This document shows positions 62,549-64,000 of a DNA stretch of 64,000 bases, piece after piece. The stretch comes from Oikopleura dioica. Its lineage: Eukaryota > Animalia > Chordata. The DNA lies in the NCBI GenBank assembly GCA_907165135.1, contig OU015566.1, positions 7,254,001 through 7,318,000 of the forward strand. Reading direction: 5' to 3'. A program made the translations under genes and the position numbers. A model generated the notes under the pieces. That model ran no database searches and was not told the DNA's origin. It saw only the letters and a program-made list of their open reading frames with translations. How positions within the stretch are numbered: the first letter of the stretch is position 1; every line of letters starts with the position of its first letter.

Positions 62549-64000
62549 TTTTTGATATTCAAGGAAAGAACTCATCTAACCCCATCGACGGTCAAAATTC
62601 ATGTTGAATCGGCATCTTCCATACTTGACTGGGCGCCAAAGTACCGTTCAAAGCACTACAACTCGGGGTGTAACAAAATCCGGCATGTTTTCCTTTGTTC
62701 TTTTGCCTGGCAGCACCAAAAGCGGGCGTTTCAAGCTCAGTAGTGACTAGTCCAGCCTAGCGTGAAATTCGACAACTACAGTTTGAGTCAAAAATTTCTA
62801 GCGCTGGAAATGGCTCTTTTGAATAATCAATTTTAGGGCTCGATTAAGGAGAACAGCGGATTATAAGATTCAGCGCTTAGTTTTAGGTTTCGCGATGAAA
62901 AAGCTAGAATGACTAAATCGTGATTAGCAAAATCATCAAGGAGGAAAAAACGTGATTGGAGCTTATCTTCGATTTTCAAAATGAGTTTAGGATGTCGCCC
63001 TTTTACAGAAATGTCTCTAAATTAAACCATTTCGGATAAAAACTGCTGAATCGGGGATTTTTGAAAAATTATTTTTCACGCCTTGTTTGCTAATTGATGG
63101 CTCTTCCAATTATGAAACGATGTTGCGTGACCTTGCGGATTCTGCCTGATTTGTTATCAAAATATCAACGTCAGGGGTGCTGCTCTTCGCGGCTTCTTTT
63201 CCCCTGATTTTCCAAACGATTTCGCGAACTTTCAGTCTTTGGTAAAAACGTTGTCTTAGCGCGAAACTACGGTACTGCCGGTGCAAACAAGTGACCCTGG
63301 TTCTACCGAATTCAGCAGAATAAAATCAGTATTGTTAGAAATATGGTCGTTATGTGTTTTGTTTACTTTCGGAACTTGTTGGAAAGGACCACCCAAAATC
63401 CCTTTTGGCTTTTGGGCTCAATCAACAACATATAAATCTGGCCAAATGGGGAAATCCTCGCGGGGATGATCCACGAAAATCCTTTCCGGATTTGGCTCTG
63501 GATCTGAAAACAAGCACTCGGCGCTAGATACCGTACTTTCCTCGATGATTTTTATGAAATTTAATGAGTTAATTAAACTCGACAAAAGGATGATTTAAAA
63601 AATTCGCGGGCCCGGAAATCGTCAAAAACTTCTTGTCTAGTTTTGTAGAGCTCGTCGAGACGAGTCGAATGATATATAAAACTCCGGACAGTTTCAAGAT
63701 TTTCCGCCAAAAAAGTGATAAGAAGGTGTCTTATCAAAAATTTTCTGACCGGCGCCGTTTTGTTCTAGAAAAGCTGAGGTGATGCTTGACCCCGGAAAAT
63801 GATCCTCATGGTCTGTTCTATTCCGGCAAAAATTTCAGCTCGTCATCATATACCCAGCCGAGTTTATCGTTAAATTTCATTTTCCAAGGAAAATGGGACT
63901 GTAAATGGGCCGGAAACTAGGAACGTGCAGCGACAACAAAATGCACTAATTTTTTGATTTTTCGCTGATAAGCACAGCAGGATATGTGAGGACGAGCTGA

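Noticed and set aside
63590-64000. Probable start of another repeat (shares AAAATGATCCTCA with the 46-kb MITE)
   Set aside because: Truncated by the window edge; no second terminus or TSD visible.

Overview
Compact, AT-rich eukaryotic genomic DNA with many very short introns, several non-canonical GA-AG and GG-AG introns, and co-oriented gene runs whose ATGs sit just after splice-acceptor-like AGs. This fits an appendicularian tunicate such as Oikopleura (inference, no database search). About 20 intron-containing genes can be reconstructed by hand. They include a minus-strand operon-like run (CNOT7/8, TIM17, LETM1, ZIP11, ACOT9), Rab3, a sushi-like/CAP protein, an XK-related protein, a GT31 glycosyltransferase, a penta-EF-hand protein, headcase, a RING protein, a Fos/ATF3-like bZIP, two tandem CUB membrane proteins, SH2D5 and an acidic FFAT-like protein. 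The most unusual items are four. (1) A divergent kinase (VAIK changed to VAIR) fused to a papain-like peptidase with Gln/Cys/His/Asn motifs, lying between a Ly6-like gene and an unknown helical protein. (2) Two apparent transposon-to-intron cases: a foldback element inside exon 1 of the RING gene, and an ACOT9 intron with an 8-bp direct repeat at both junctions. (3) A 2.1-kb near-perfect 56-bp tandem array of GAA-triloop hairpins whose first unit has the loop inverted. (4) A four-element nested transposon stack with readable TSDs. Exon boundaries are manual and untested against RNA data.
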